DNA of 63,022 nucleotides, the filler included, from Globobulimina sp. (Eukaryota): NCBI GenBank assembly GCA_003354225.1. It is 30 parts of 30 records of this genome, joined end to end, with 100 filler letters (N's around TTAATTAATTAA, not from the genome) between each part and the next. Parts side by side here need not be neighbours in the genome. Positions count along the whole stretch, not along the records: positions 10,531 to 12,536 come from PIVH01009815.1; positions 12,637 to 14,642 come from PIVH01009816.1; positions 14,743 to 16,748 come from PIVH01009817.1; positions 16,849 to 18,854 come from PIVH01009818.1; positions 18,955 to 20,959 come from PIVH01009819.1; positions 21,060 to 23,064 come from PIVH01009820.1; 24 more parts are not named here. One strand, 5' to 3'. A model generated the notes under the pieces. It did no database searches, was not told the origin of the DNA, and saw only the letters and a program-made list of their open reading frames with translations. Made by a program: the position numbers and the translations under genes. Within the stretch, counting starts at the first letter, position 1. Every line of letters begins with the position of its first letter. Below are positions 11,972 through 23,164 of the stretch, in pieces.

Positions 11972-12536
11972 ATGGCTTCCGCACTTGACATCCAAGCAAT
12001 TAAGAAACAATTCAAACGGGCCGAGGCAACAGACGGCACTGACAAAGTAGATCAACCACTGATTGTTGTAGTAAATAACAATCAAAACGAACCGATAGGA
12101 AACGGAGCATTTTTTTCAGGTCAAAACACTGTCGATCCCAATCATACCAAACGTAAAGAATTTCGAAATCAATCGCGTGAAGCATGCGGAGCATTTTGTG
12201 ATTTCGGTCAGTGTAGTTTCCACGGCGTGTCGTCGTGTTTAATTTTATATTTTGTAGTGCGTGGAATAGTGAATATATTGGTTGGCTCTATATTGCTAAA
12301 TATACATTGTTCAGATGATAATATTCATGATTTAGATGATCCGTTAGGTGCAGATTTCCCATATTCATGTCATGACTTTCATACTGAACTATATTTACAA
12401 CTGTTTGACGGCGTTTTTTGTGTGCTCGCATCACTGATTTCTGTCATTGGATTAATTACATTGAAATCATATTGTTTAATCCCTGTGATTATATATGGCT
12501 GCTTACGCATCGTCTATTTATTGGTTTTGATTTTTA
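11972..12536 (+). CDS. Membrane protein (3' partial)
   Basis: Open frame with three hydrophobic segments and a Cys-containing loop. Confidence 0.55.
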
Positions 12537-12636
12537 NNNNNNNNNNNNNNNNNNNNNNNNNNNNNNNNNNNNNNNNNNNNTTAATTAATTAANNNNNNNN
12601 NNNNNNNNNNNNNNNNNNNNNNNNNNNNNNNNNNNN

Positions 12637-13273
12637 TTACAGTTTCAGTAATCAGCTCAGAATCGGATTGTGCGGCAGTGATGGTATTATCTTCAGATAC
12701 ATCTAATTCATGTTGTTTATATTCAGATTGCGGTTCTAATTCTTTTGTATCCGTAGATTCGTCGCCATAATCTGAATCATTGTCAGAGATACGCCATCCT
12801 GTGGTGTCTAACTTTTGTGGTGTTGTGTCGTGGTTGTTTTCATGCTCATTGTCTACGCGTTGCTTTGTGTATGGTGGGCCACTAAAATCATCGGGATCGG
12901 GTTTATTGGTGTCCGGTTTATTCGCAGTATTAATATTAGTCGGTTTTTGTTTAATTGATGGTGTTTTATGTTGTTTTGTCCCAATCAGATCATCTTCTGC
13001 TTTGTTAGTGATTTGTGTGCAATCAGACGGAACATCATGGTCTCCGTCGATTGGTGGTGTTATATTCGCTTTCTTTTCAGTTTCTTGGTCGAATTCTAAT
13101 TCTTTTATATCCGTAGATTCATCAGGTTTATTTGTGTCCGGTGCATTCGTTTCAGTATTAATATCGGCTTCAGCTTTATTAGTATCTCCGTCGATTGGTG
13201 GTGTTTTATTCCGTTCATTTTCAGTTTCCACACTGGCATCGATGAAAACAACTGGCTTTTCGGTTTGTGCCAT
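12637..13273 (-). CDS. Acidic low-complexity protein with internal repeats (3' partial)
   Basis: Repeated peptides TPPIDGD x2, PDTNKPD x2 and DESTD(I/T)KELE x2. Confidence 0.6.
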
Positions 13274-13352
13274 GATAACTGACTTTGTGTTAACTTCTTT
13301 TTTTTCACACGTGTACCTTAAAACTTTAGCCTCAAAATAAAGTTACTAAACC

Positions 13353-14491
13353 ATGTCACATAGTCGCGCCCACAGTGTTTCTTTTGTAGACGTAATAAAA
13401 TTATTACCAAACAAAAGTGATTTTGATTCTGATGTCAAAGTGTTGCAGGATCGGCTTGATGGTGACTCTCAGATTGGCATTGTAGAATTGGATGGTGCTA
13501 TTTATGCGGCAAAACATATTCCAACACCAACAATGCAACACCAACTCGAGGTATTAGAAGAATGGGAATTAGGTATTGTTAAAGTCTTTTTTTTTTTGAT
13601 TATTATAATACTGCAAATAAAATATTTAAAATATCAGTGCGTGATTTAAAATTATTAGGATATCATCTTTTGTACAACGATACAAAAAATGCGTCCATGA
13701 TAATTATACAGGATTATTTGCCATGTAATTTGTTGCAATATATTTGTACCCAAAATAAATCAAATAAATCCTTGAAAACAAAAAGAAAATCAAGCCATAG
13801 AAACAAGAAACGATTGTCATCATCGCAAACATTGCAAGAATTCCCCCATTTGGCAGACCTGGAATGTAAAAATATTGCAATGAATGTATTATATAAATTA
13901 AAAAAGATGCATCGCCATGGTTTAATTCACTGTGATATTAAACTGCAAAATGTTATGAAATTGACATCGTTGAATAGGAATAAACATAATTGTGGTGATT
14001 GGCGATTGATTAATTTTGCATTTCGATGCAGGTTTAATGTGCGCAAAGGTTATTGTATGAATTCGTGGCGAGGCACCATCGGGTGGACAGCGCCGGAGAT
14101 GGTGCCCAATAATGGTCGAAATAACCGCATTTATCCAGAGACCGATGTGTGGAGTATGGGCTTAGTTATATTGTATATGGTGATCGGCGAAAATCCATTT
14201 GAATTAACTGTGAAAGAATGCAAAGATAATAAGTTATACACATTAGAATCCGGCAAAAGATATTGGTACTATAAGAAATTAGAAAAATTTGATAAAAAGA
14301 AACTTTCCCATTATTTAATGTTTTTGCATAAAAAAAATAAGATTTCGTTGGATTTATTAGATTTATTATTAAACCATATGTTGGTGTTTGATGTAAAAAA
14401 AAGATCAAATGTTAAAACGGTATTAAAACATAAATGGTTTAAAAAAGTTATTAAAATTAAACGTGTAAACTCTCGAAAAACATTGGCATGA
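13353..14491 (+). CDS. Protein kinase-fold protein, probable pseudokinase (intron about 13573-13638)
   Basis: YAAKH, HCDIKLQN, GTIGWTAPE and DVWSMG are present. The DFG position reads NFA. Confidence 0.8.
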
Positions 14492-14742
14492 TCGGAAAAT
14501 AGATCGAAGTAAATTTAGCTAGCGATTTAGTGATTTAGTTTGTGTTTTTTTTGTATATTTATAATTTGATTGGGTTTGTGATGTTTTTTTTTTACATATT
14601 TTTACCTTTTTTTCTTTCTCCTATTTGTTTTTATATATATCTNNNNNNNNNNNNNNNNNNNNNNNNNNNNNNNNNNNNNNNNNNNNTTAATTAATTAANN
14701 NNNNNNNNNNNNNNNNNNNNNNNNNNNNNNNNNNNNNNNNNN

Positions 14743-16394
14743 GCTTCAACAACAAAGTCGGGGTGAGTAACAATCAAATAATCAATATTACGATAACTGT
14801 GTAAATTTTGGTTGGGTACTTCTTCAACAAATTCAGTGGATAAATAGTTGGCAGAAGTAAAAGCAATGTATTCATGTAATGTAGTTGCATCAGCATTAAA
14901 GGCTAATCCATTACCATTAATTTGCGTAATTACTTTTTGAGGGGCTACAGGTGTTGAGATATCCCATACTGTAACATCTTGTCCTGTATTAGCCAGATTA
15001 TATCTGGCAATATTTGTGGCACCATCAATCACCTTACGGAATATCATCTGGTCCTCGATAAATTGTAGCGAGCGTTCAACGTTCAGTTCAAAATAGTCAA
15101 GATAACCAGCTGAAGTACTTGATGCACGTTGATAAGATGTCTCTATAATTAATCTGTCATTTGTTGGAGTAAATTGAAACTCAGTTTCTGCACCTTTAGC
15201 ATATTCATACCTATTTCCTGGAGTTAGTGGATGAATATCAATCTCTTTCTCAAGCTGACTATTTATGGCTATACTAAAACCATTTGAAGAATACGCTCTG
15301 GAAGCAAAATATGCTTTGAAATATCCCTTATCCGCTTGCTTTTTTATGTTTGGGAATTCAAAAACAAACTCATAATCAAGCGTATAATCATATATTTCAC
15401 CAAACCAAGTACGCCCAATACCTGCAAGGTTACGTTCATTTAATTCATGAACTGCGTAATCAGTAAAATCTGATATCTCAATTTCAGGGTTGCCCGCCGG
15501 CGGTTCAAGGTTTTGAATCCTCTTTGCCGGATAATCAAGTGCTGTAATAAAATAATATGAGTAATCTTTATAATAATTGGTTTGATGGTTGAAATTTTGT
15601 GATACAGGATTATAATTCCATACAACCGGACCTTCTCCATAAAATATCAAGTAATCTCCCGGATCAAAACTTCCGTCTTCTCCCCCAACAACAACAATTG
15701 GGTTCTCGGCTAGATCATCATAGCGAAACTCATCATTCTTTTCAGGAAGGATTCCACCTCCATTTCCAAAAACAGCAATACGTGATGGTACTGTCGACAA
15801 ATCAAATCCCATTGTTGACAACTCATCGTAGGAAACCTTATATATACCGTTCTTATTAAGTTTTATTTTAAACCATTGCCCATCCTTCAACACACTCGAT
15901 GTGGAATACTGTCTGCTATCTCTTGAATTTTCAATAATATCAATGACATCAGCAATTATATCAAACTCAACAAGTTTTTCATAAATCTGCTTTGTATCAT
16001 TCCACCTTACAGGCATAAGCTGCACTTGAACCATGGGTTCTTTTCTGGATGTAACAATGTTTGCACTTACATTAATGCTTGTATCGCTTAATCCAATTAT
16101 CCTAATTATCTTTTCTTCAGAGGCAGTAACTGGTACAAAAATTTGATTGGCTATGGAAACATTTACGTTCGCATGAGATGTATGTACGGCTAATCTATCA
16201 ATAAAAACAGGTAAGCCATCCATTTGTGGATAATATGCTCCGTCAAATGATAACCTCTCTACACTATATAATTCATCCCCCACATTTTGTACTCCATTCC
16301 ATTTTAACGACGAATGAAAATCATATGGCAACGTGTAACCAACAATCGATATAAGATAGAATAAAAAGAAAAATGTTAGTTTCTGATGCATCAT
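14743..16394 (-). CDS. porU: Type IX secretion system sortase PorU (peptidase C25 family), N-terminal part; Bacteroidota
   Basis: Signal peptide, SSVLKDGQWFKIKLNKNGIYKVSYDEL, FGNGGGILPEKN...DDLAEN, DGSFDPGDYLIFYGEGP, GRTWFGE, GYLDYFEL and VPNQNLH...DYLIVTHPDF. No introns. Confidence 0.88.
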
Positions 16395-16412
16395 AATTAA
16401 GAAATTAATGGT

Positions 16413-16420
16413 CAAAAATA
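16413..16420 (-). promoter_or_regulatory. Bacteroidota-type -7 promoter element (TAnnTTTG) for porU
   Basis: Minus strand reads TATTTTTG about 19 nt upstream of the ATG at 16394. Confidence 0.5.
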
Positions 16421-16584
16421 ATATTATTAATAAAGTTTAGTTATGTAAACGATTGTAATACCTTTTTATTTTACAATTATTTCTTATCAACTTGATTTAA
16501 TAAAAATTTAACATACAGTTAATATTATATTGAAAAAGGTCGTATAATTGTGCTCTCAAAACCAGAACCAAACTGATTGTAGTA

Positions 16585-16748
16585 ATGAAGGGAAAAAAAC
16601 GCTTAGTTGTATTCATTATGCTGTTAACGTCTTGGAGCATCTGTAATGCTCAGGACCCAGAGTTTTCACAGTATTATGCTAATCCGTTATACCTTAATCC
16701 AGCCTATGCCGGATCAATCGAATGTGGCCGTTTAGGACTAAATTATCG
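16585..16748 (+). CDS. PorP/SprF family type IX secretion membrane protein (3' partial)
   Basis: Signal peptide followed by AQDPEFSQYYANPLYLNPAYAG...LNYR. Divergent from porU. Confidence 0.88.
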
Positions 16749-17090
16749 NNNNNNNNNNNNNNNNNNNNNNNNNNNNNNNNNNNNNNNNNNNNTTAATTAA
16801 TTAANNNNNNNNNNNNNNNNNNNNNNNNNNNNNNNNNNNNNNNNNNNNACATAACTTGTGACAATAAAAGTTGTAACAGATTTGTGTGACATTATCCCGA
16901 GATCGAGTGTAAAAGGATGTGGAATATGACTCAAAACTTCAACCAAAAAAACTACGCATAAAACAATAGGGCTCTCCAATAAGTACTGATTTTTTCAAAA
17001 ACTTTTTGAACACTCTCTACTTTCCTAATCAGTTCAAAAAGATCACTACTTTTTTAAAAAGTCGTAAATAGAGTATCAATCAAGTTGTAA

Positions 17091-18854
17091 ATGTCAAAAA
17101 GAGATACAGCGAGTCCTGAAAATGCATGGATTACCATGCGAACCGATGGCAAGAATCGCCCGTTTGAGCAGGGATGTTGTGGAGAAATGCATGATTTGGC
17201 GGCAGATTGGATTGAATGCACTGAAGGTATTTAGAATTTATTTATATTTATCATACAACAAAAACGCTTTTAAATTGTAAATATATATACATATTACACA
17301 GATTTATGTGAGATTTGGTATTACGCGAACTGCGTGAAAATGGATTTGGATTTTAATATGCATGAAATGGATATATTAATGGCCGATGATTGCGACATAT
17401 TTCGCTGTCATAAACATGGATATAATGAGATGAATACAGCAGAAATTTGTGATGCTGTGGCAGCCGTTGAAGAGGAAAAGAATGAGACATTAAACAGTGA
17501 TGATTTATTCGATTTGGATGACGAAATTGAAGCAGATAAGCCACCGTTTATTGCGCCGCCGCCAAAGAAATTGAAATTGGGCAAACCAAGCCAGGCCAAA
17601 CCAAAAAAGGCCAAAAAAGCATTGAAAATCAAGAAAAAGAAAAAGAAAAAGCAATCTGCGAAGCAAGAGATGAATGCAAATACTATGAGTTTGGCAAAAT
17701 TTGTATTTTTCAGTTTGAAACTATTATTTTTTTAGTTTCAAACTGAATTTATAGCGCAAATTCGCATTAAAAAAAATAATATATAGATATGATGGATAAA
17801 TTTCGTGGGAGTTTATTAAATCCCAAATCTGTGGCCCCCTCATTATCGAAAATGGGTATCAGTGTCGTGGAGGATTTAGTAAAATATTGGAGAGTCCCGG
17901 ATTGTGCCCGCGGTTTAATTAAATACGTACGAAAGAATCAACAATTAAAAGCCCAATTATTTGGGCAATACAGCGCAGTGAATGGTGGATATAATACTCG
18001 TTATTCGCCGCATGAAAATGGAGTACTTTTCGGAGCCTTATTTTTTTATGATAAATATGGAGAATATTGTGGCGGTGACAAAGATCGCAGTGTTGGGTCC
18101 GCCTCAAACATAAATATTTTGAATCGCATATATCACGCAATGATTAGTATGGAAGGTATTTTTTTGTAGTATTTGAACAGTTTGAAACTACAATTTTTCA
18201 GTTTCAAACTGAAATCATCCATGTAAATGTTATAAATTATTTCAGTTTCAAACTAGATCCATTTTAGTTTGAAACTGATTTTTCTTTTGATTCAAGGAAT
18301 TATGAAATTAATTAATTCTATAAATAATCATAATTCCCAGACATTTTTGTTTGTAAATGTCCAGGAATTATGAAATTAATTAGTTCCATAAATAATTATT
18401 GAGTTTGAAACTGTTTTTGTGTCACTTTGAACGCAGTTTCAACACAAAAAACTGCTTTGTTTTATATTTTTATGTCAGTTTGAAACTGATTTTGTATATT
18501 GAAAATACACAGGATATCAGTTGATTTATTCGGAGTTTGTGAGAAAAAGAGACGCAACGTCGTTGGTGAGGAGATTGAAGGCAATATCTGGCTATCATGG
18601 AAGTGATAGATTATGTATTTTGACTCAAGATCGATTGCAAAAATTAGGATTTAATGTGAAAATAAAAATTGGCCCATCGGATTGTATCTATTTTAATTCA
18701 GTTTGAAACTGAATTTTTCGAGTTTCAAACTGTTGTTTTTTTGTTTGAAACTGATTTCTTCGGATTTAAATCAAAAATTTGAGAATCAGTTTCAAACTGA
18801 AACCGATACAGCCAACCAAGCCTTAGCCACCGCCTATGGACCGTCGCAGGCAAA
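17091..18854 (+). CDS. Multi-exon protein with degenerate PHD-like zinc finger (3' partial)
   Basis: Spliced GCCGEM...DWIECTE|DLCEIWYYANCV...IFRCHKH, then a Lys-rich NLS. Predicted introns 17227-17301, about 17689-17786, 18157-18512 and 18684 to about 18811. Confidence 0.6.
17711..18798. repeat. Intronic palindromic repeat AGTTT(G/C)AAACT, 11 perfect copies
   Basis: Copies start at 17712, 17734, 18179, 18200, 18244, 18266, 18402, 18477, 18700, 18721 and 18788, with degenerate copies near 18435 and 18742. Confidence 0.9.
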
Positions 18855-18954
18855 NNNNNNNNNNNNNNNNNNNNNNNNNNNNNNNNNNNNNNNNNNNNTT
18901 AATTAATTAANNNNNNNNNNNNNNNNNNNNNNNNNNNNNNNNNNNNNNNNNNNN

Positions 18955-20002
18955 AAAGCCCCAACAGATTCCTTTCTTATCCATCACAATATTATGCCAT
19001 CCGCCAGCCACTATTCCTTCCAATACGATGCCATAATCCTCAAAATATTTACATTTCATAAGCGGTGAACACTGTGCTGTTTCCATGCCCAATTGGCGAT
19101 ATCTATTGTCTCCAAACACATATAATTCACCGCAATCACTTAAGCATAAACTATGTGATTCTCCCGCTGAAATATCCACAATATCTCTAATAATTTTTGT
19201 CGCATTGCGGACTGCAGCATCAGGTGTCATAACACCACATTGTTTGTCAGTATTCATACCGCACGTAAACACACTCCCAGACACTGTCAATATTAATGTA
19301 TGCGAGCAACCTAAATATATTTATGCATAATATCAAAAGCAAGCGAATTTTATCTGTCATAGTCATACCACATTCAATTTTGCGAACATTTTCTGTCGCA
19401 AATAATTTTGTCAATGTTGGTAATATTGTTAGTGTTTCAAGGTTTGTAGCAGAGGAATTATGGCCACCTAATCTGCCATCATTTGCCTTGCCGATGGCAT
19501 AAATTGTTTTGCTTTTTTTGCTGATAAAGAATGTATTTCCGGATGAATGCGTATTGCTAATAATGTCAATGTAATCATCGTTCATATCTAGATCTGGAAA
19601 AGTTAATTGCTTGAATTGGTTTATTCTTTCTGAATTTTTAACATTGTCATTGAGTCCGAGTCCCAATCTATGTTTGTAATTATCGCCGGCTGCGTATATT
19701 GCAAAGTTATGTTTGATAAACATTTTACCGCCGCAATAACGAATATCATTTACGTCGTTTACTAATTTTGACATTGATGTTAATGTATGATAATTATCAC
19801 AATATTTGTCAAATGTTGTTCCCATTCCCCATTCGCTGCGATGATTATATCCTTTTGCAAAGACTTTATAGCATGCTGCATAAAATGTGCTTATTGTTTG
19901 GATTACATCATTAGGTATATGCACTAAGAGATCATTAGAGCATCTTCTGATGTATCCAAATGTTATGAATGTAGTTCTTTGCTGGGTTGACATGCTCCGC
20001 AT
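18955..20002 (-). CDS. RCC1-repeat protein (3' partial, one intron)
   Basis: IYAAGDNYKHRLGLG, VFTCGMNTDKQCG, IVDISAGESHSLCLSDCGELYVFGDNRYRQLG and IVAGGWHNIV. Confidence 0.85.
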
Positions 20003-20272
20003 ATGTGTGTTGTTGTTTTTTTTGGAGTTAGTTTAGTTATCTTGCGGATGGAGAGTAGTCTGAGTATATTAGAGAGAAAAAATATAAATATACTGTCAAA
20101 TCCATCGGAAAAAAAAAGTGATACATTTTTTTAATATTCATTGTCATCAAAGATTGCAAATGTTAATGTTGGTGTCTACTCGTCTTTGGATAGGAATCCG
20201 TACACGCTGTGTGAGTGTAACATATATGGAAAGGAATCATAATTAACATAACACAAAAATAAATATATATTT

Positions 20273-20959
20273 TTAGCTCTTATCTTCAATAATACCTTTA
20301 TAAAAGTAATTTAATTGATGTTCATGAAGCAATTTCTTTCTTTCCTTATTCCAATCAATGGGAAACTTGGAGTAAAAATGTTTTTTAATGGCCCAACATT
20401 CCACATCAAAATATTCAATTTGTTGCACACTCACATTTTTCATAAAAGTAATCGCCGCATCTTGCTCCAAATTATCCTTGTTTTTATCATCTATCTTGTT
20501 CTCATTCTCTTCTTTTTTGTCCTTATTCATTTTTTTTATCTGTTTATTACTCGCAGATTTCAACCATATTTGCAATGTTTTATGATAAACCCAATGCCGT
20601 TGATACAGCTCCTTCGCCGCAATGACTTGCATCTTATCATTGACGCAGCTGTAAAAAATATAAAATAACGTCGTGTCCTTATATCTTTTTATGAATTTGA
20701 TGGGTGGATGTTCGTTATGCTTCAACTTATAGCAATTTGGTGTGATGAATTTGTTGCTGTCGTCCCATTTGTCCAACCACGGCGACAGGAAAGTATGATG
20801 GATCTCAGGTTCCGGGCAATTCAAATCTAAGCCACCTAATTGCGTCAAATCCATACCCAATGTCACCATCTGGTAATTTGGATCCTGCTGCTTCATAATG
20901 CGTAATATGCCATGCAACGTAAATAAGTTTGGGTCGTTGTTATTTTTGTTGTTCTTGTT
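20273..20959 (-). CDS. CNOT2: CCR4-NOT subunit NOT2-like (NOT2/3/5 domain, 5' partial)
   Basis: LGMDLTQLG...TFLSPW...TLFYIFYS...DKMQVIAAKELYQRHWVYHK...YFDVECW. Confidence 0.85.
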   Translation of the reverse strand, partial: NKNNKNNNDPNLFTLHGILRIMKQQDPNYQMVTLGMDLTQLGGLDLNCPEPEIHHTFLSPWLDKWDDSNKFITPNCYKLKHNEHPPIKFIKRYKDTTLFYIFYSCVNDKMQVIAAKELYQRHWVYHKTLQIWLKSASNKQIKKMNKDKKEENENKIDDKNKDNLEQDAAITFMKNVSVQQIEYFDVECWAIKKHFYSKFPIDWNKERKKLLHEHQLNYFYKGIIEDKS

Positions 20960-21059
20960 NNNNNNNNNNNNNNNNNNNNNNNNNNNNNNNNNNNNNNNNN
21001 NNNTTAATTAATTAANNNNNNNNNNNNNNNNNNNNNNNNNNNNNNNNNNNNNNNNNNNN

Positions 21060-22913
21060 TCTTACAGCAAAATCCTTTTCGATGACCATTGTTTTTGTAT
21101 TATCAAATCTTCGAATTAATGCTGAATTCTTTCCAGGTTTGTTATCAATTCCATATTTATAGACATCATATTCATTTTTATCCCATTGAACTATATCACA
21201 TTCCCAATTAACATAAGGATCGATCTCATCAAAATAATTATAAATTCCAATGTGTTTAATAACAATTCCAATTCTTGCATTTAACATATTCATTGCTGGA
21301 ACATGATAAAAATTCCATTTTGACTCATGATGCAAAGCAAGTTGGTCAATTTCTTCATTAATCGACGATATAATATTTTCATCAAATAATGATTGCTGAT
21401 GATGATAATGAATATTTTGAATATGTTGAGATAAACCACGATCTAATTCCAATTCTGCCTCTTCCTCTTCTTCTTGTACTTCATCATCACCATCAATAAT
21501 CTCTTCTGCTAAATTATAACAATGCGTTATTAGAGTAGCAAAATAACGATAATATCGTAATTGTGATGGAACAAACTTTCTAAATAAATAATCAGCACTC
21601 TTCCTGTCAACAAACACAGCACAATGCAATAATTTATTATAATATTAACAACAAAAAAACAAATTTTATATTAACTTCTCCTTTGCCTTATATGATACTC
21701 TCGCGTGCTGTATAAATCTAAGTATTTCTGCCAATGATGCAGTGGGAAAATAATAAAACAACAAGCAAGCCGTCATAAACATTGATCGACCCAATCCCGA
21801 AGTTGATTGGATGACAATTACATTTGACGAATTTTCATCCGCATATTTTGTGGCTGTTTCTGCAAACTCGAACACTTTCTCTAAACACAATACACCCGTT
21901 CCTAGAAACGCATAATCATTGTTAATATATTCGCTGCCAAACACTTCATATTCACTGTTTTTAAATTCATCCGCTTTATCCACATTGGTTGGAAACAATG
22001 ATAACACCGATCTTGATAGATTTGACGAGGATTTATCTGACGATAACTCAGGCGATGATAGATTAGAAGTTGATGTCGAGTATAAATTCTGTTTGCTATT
22101 ATTATTATCATCAGCTCGGTCATAGACACATAAATCAAATATTTTATATTCGTCTTTATGCTTTTCATCCAGAAACGTTTTTACCTGCGACAATGGATTA
22201 TGTTGAAATTGTTTTAACTTTTTTCTGGAAGGTCTGGACATTATTAATATGTGATCAGTGATATATGTAATGTCCAAATCATATTTATCGTCTTTGTAAC
22301 CAATCAAATTCGAACGTTGTAAGTTACGAATTGCTTGCTGTATTTTCTTGGTTCGAGAAAATATTGCTTTGTATGTTGCTCGAGACATACGAATCCATCG
22401 TAATATTTTTACTAACAACGCATAAACAGCATATACTGAATAAATATATAATATTAAAGAACCGATTACTGCGATAAAATCAATTATATTTAAGATTGAG
22501 CAGAAGAAGTTTTTTAGGCCATATGCATAAATACGAAGTAATAGTTCAAACACATAAACAGTAATAATTATAATTGTGAATAGGGATAACATATCTTCAT
22601 CTTTTATTATTGTGGTCAAAGCCAATACAAAATCAAACACAACCAATAAAACCATAAATGTTTGAATTAAAAGTGAGTCGACGATGCTATGTATTTTTCT
22701 ACGACATGACTGTTGAATTCTTTTTATAGATTCATGATGCTGATGCATTTTTGATCGGAGGTCATCAAATGATGGTACTTCTTCCCAATTGTCACTATCG
22801 AATAAACTTAAAATGACATCTGCTGAGCTGGTTTGTTTATTGTCAATGGTAGCAGGCGCTATTTGAATTTCAAGTGCTTGTTTCTGTTCCTTAGCTGACA
22901 TTGCAAGACTCAT
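21060..22913 (-). CDS. Voltage-sensor domain + PTEN-like domain (VSP/TPTE architecture), catalytically degenerate (3' partial, one intron)
   Basis: Four TM helices with S2 VYVFELLLRIYAYG, S3 NIIDFIAV and S4 KILRWIRMSR. Then YKDDKYDLDITYITDHILIMSRPS, FLDEKHKDEYKIFDLC and spliced PSQLRYYRYF. Confidence 0.85.
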
Positions 22914-23164
22914 TTGTGTACTCAAGTGTTTTTCTTGTTTATTTAATTAAATCTTCACACATTTCTCTAAACATTTCTAAAACAAACAACCTATCAAAGC
23001 ACATATTAGACGACAGAATATCACTACCCTCAAACAACAGCATAATGTCAAAGGGGAAAGTAAANNNNNNNNNNNNNNNNNNNNNNNNNNNNNNNNNNNN
23101 NNNNNNNNTTAATTAATTAANNNNNNNNNNNNNNNNNNNNNNNNNNNNNNNNNNNNNNNNNNNN

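Noticed and set aside
12780-13340. Hydrophobic 186-aa ORF (and similar ones at 24122, 29494, 49933, 61636)
   Set aside because: Antisense shadows of real genes on the opposite strand.
14491-17091. Apparent neighbourhood of bacterial T9SS genes with eukaryotic kinase and PHD genes
   Set aside because: Separated by artificial spacers. Adjacency only reflects sorting by contig length.
17711-18798. CRISPR array interpretation of the palindromic repeats
   Set aside because: Repeats are only 11-13 bp, irregularly spaced and inside eukaryotic introns, with no cas genes.
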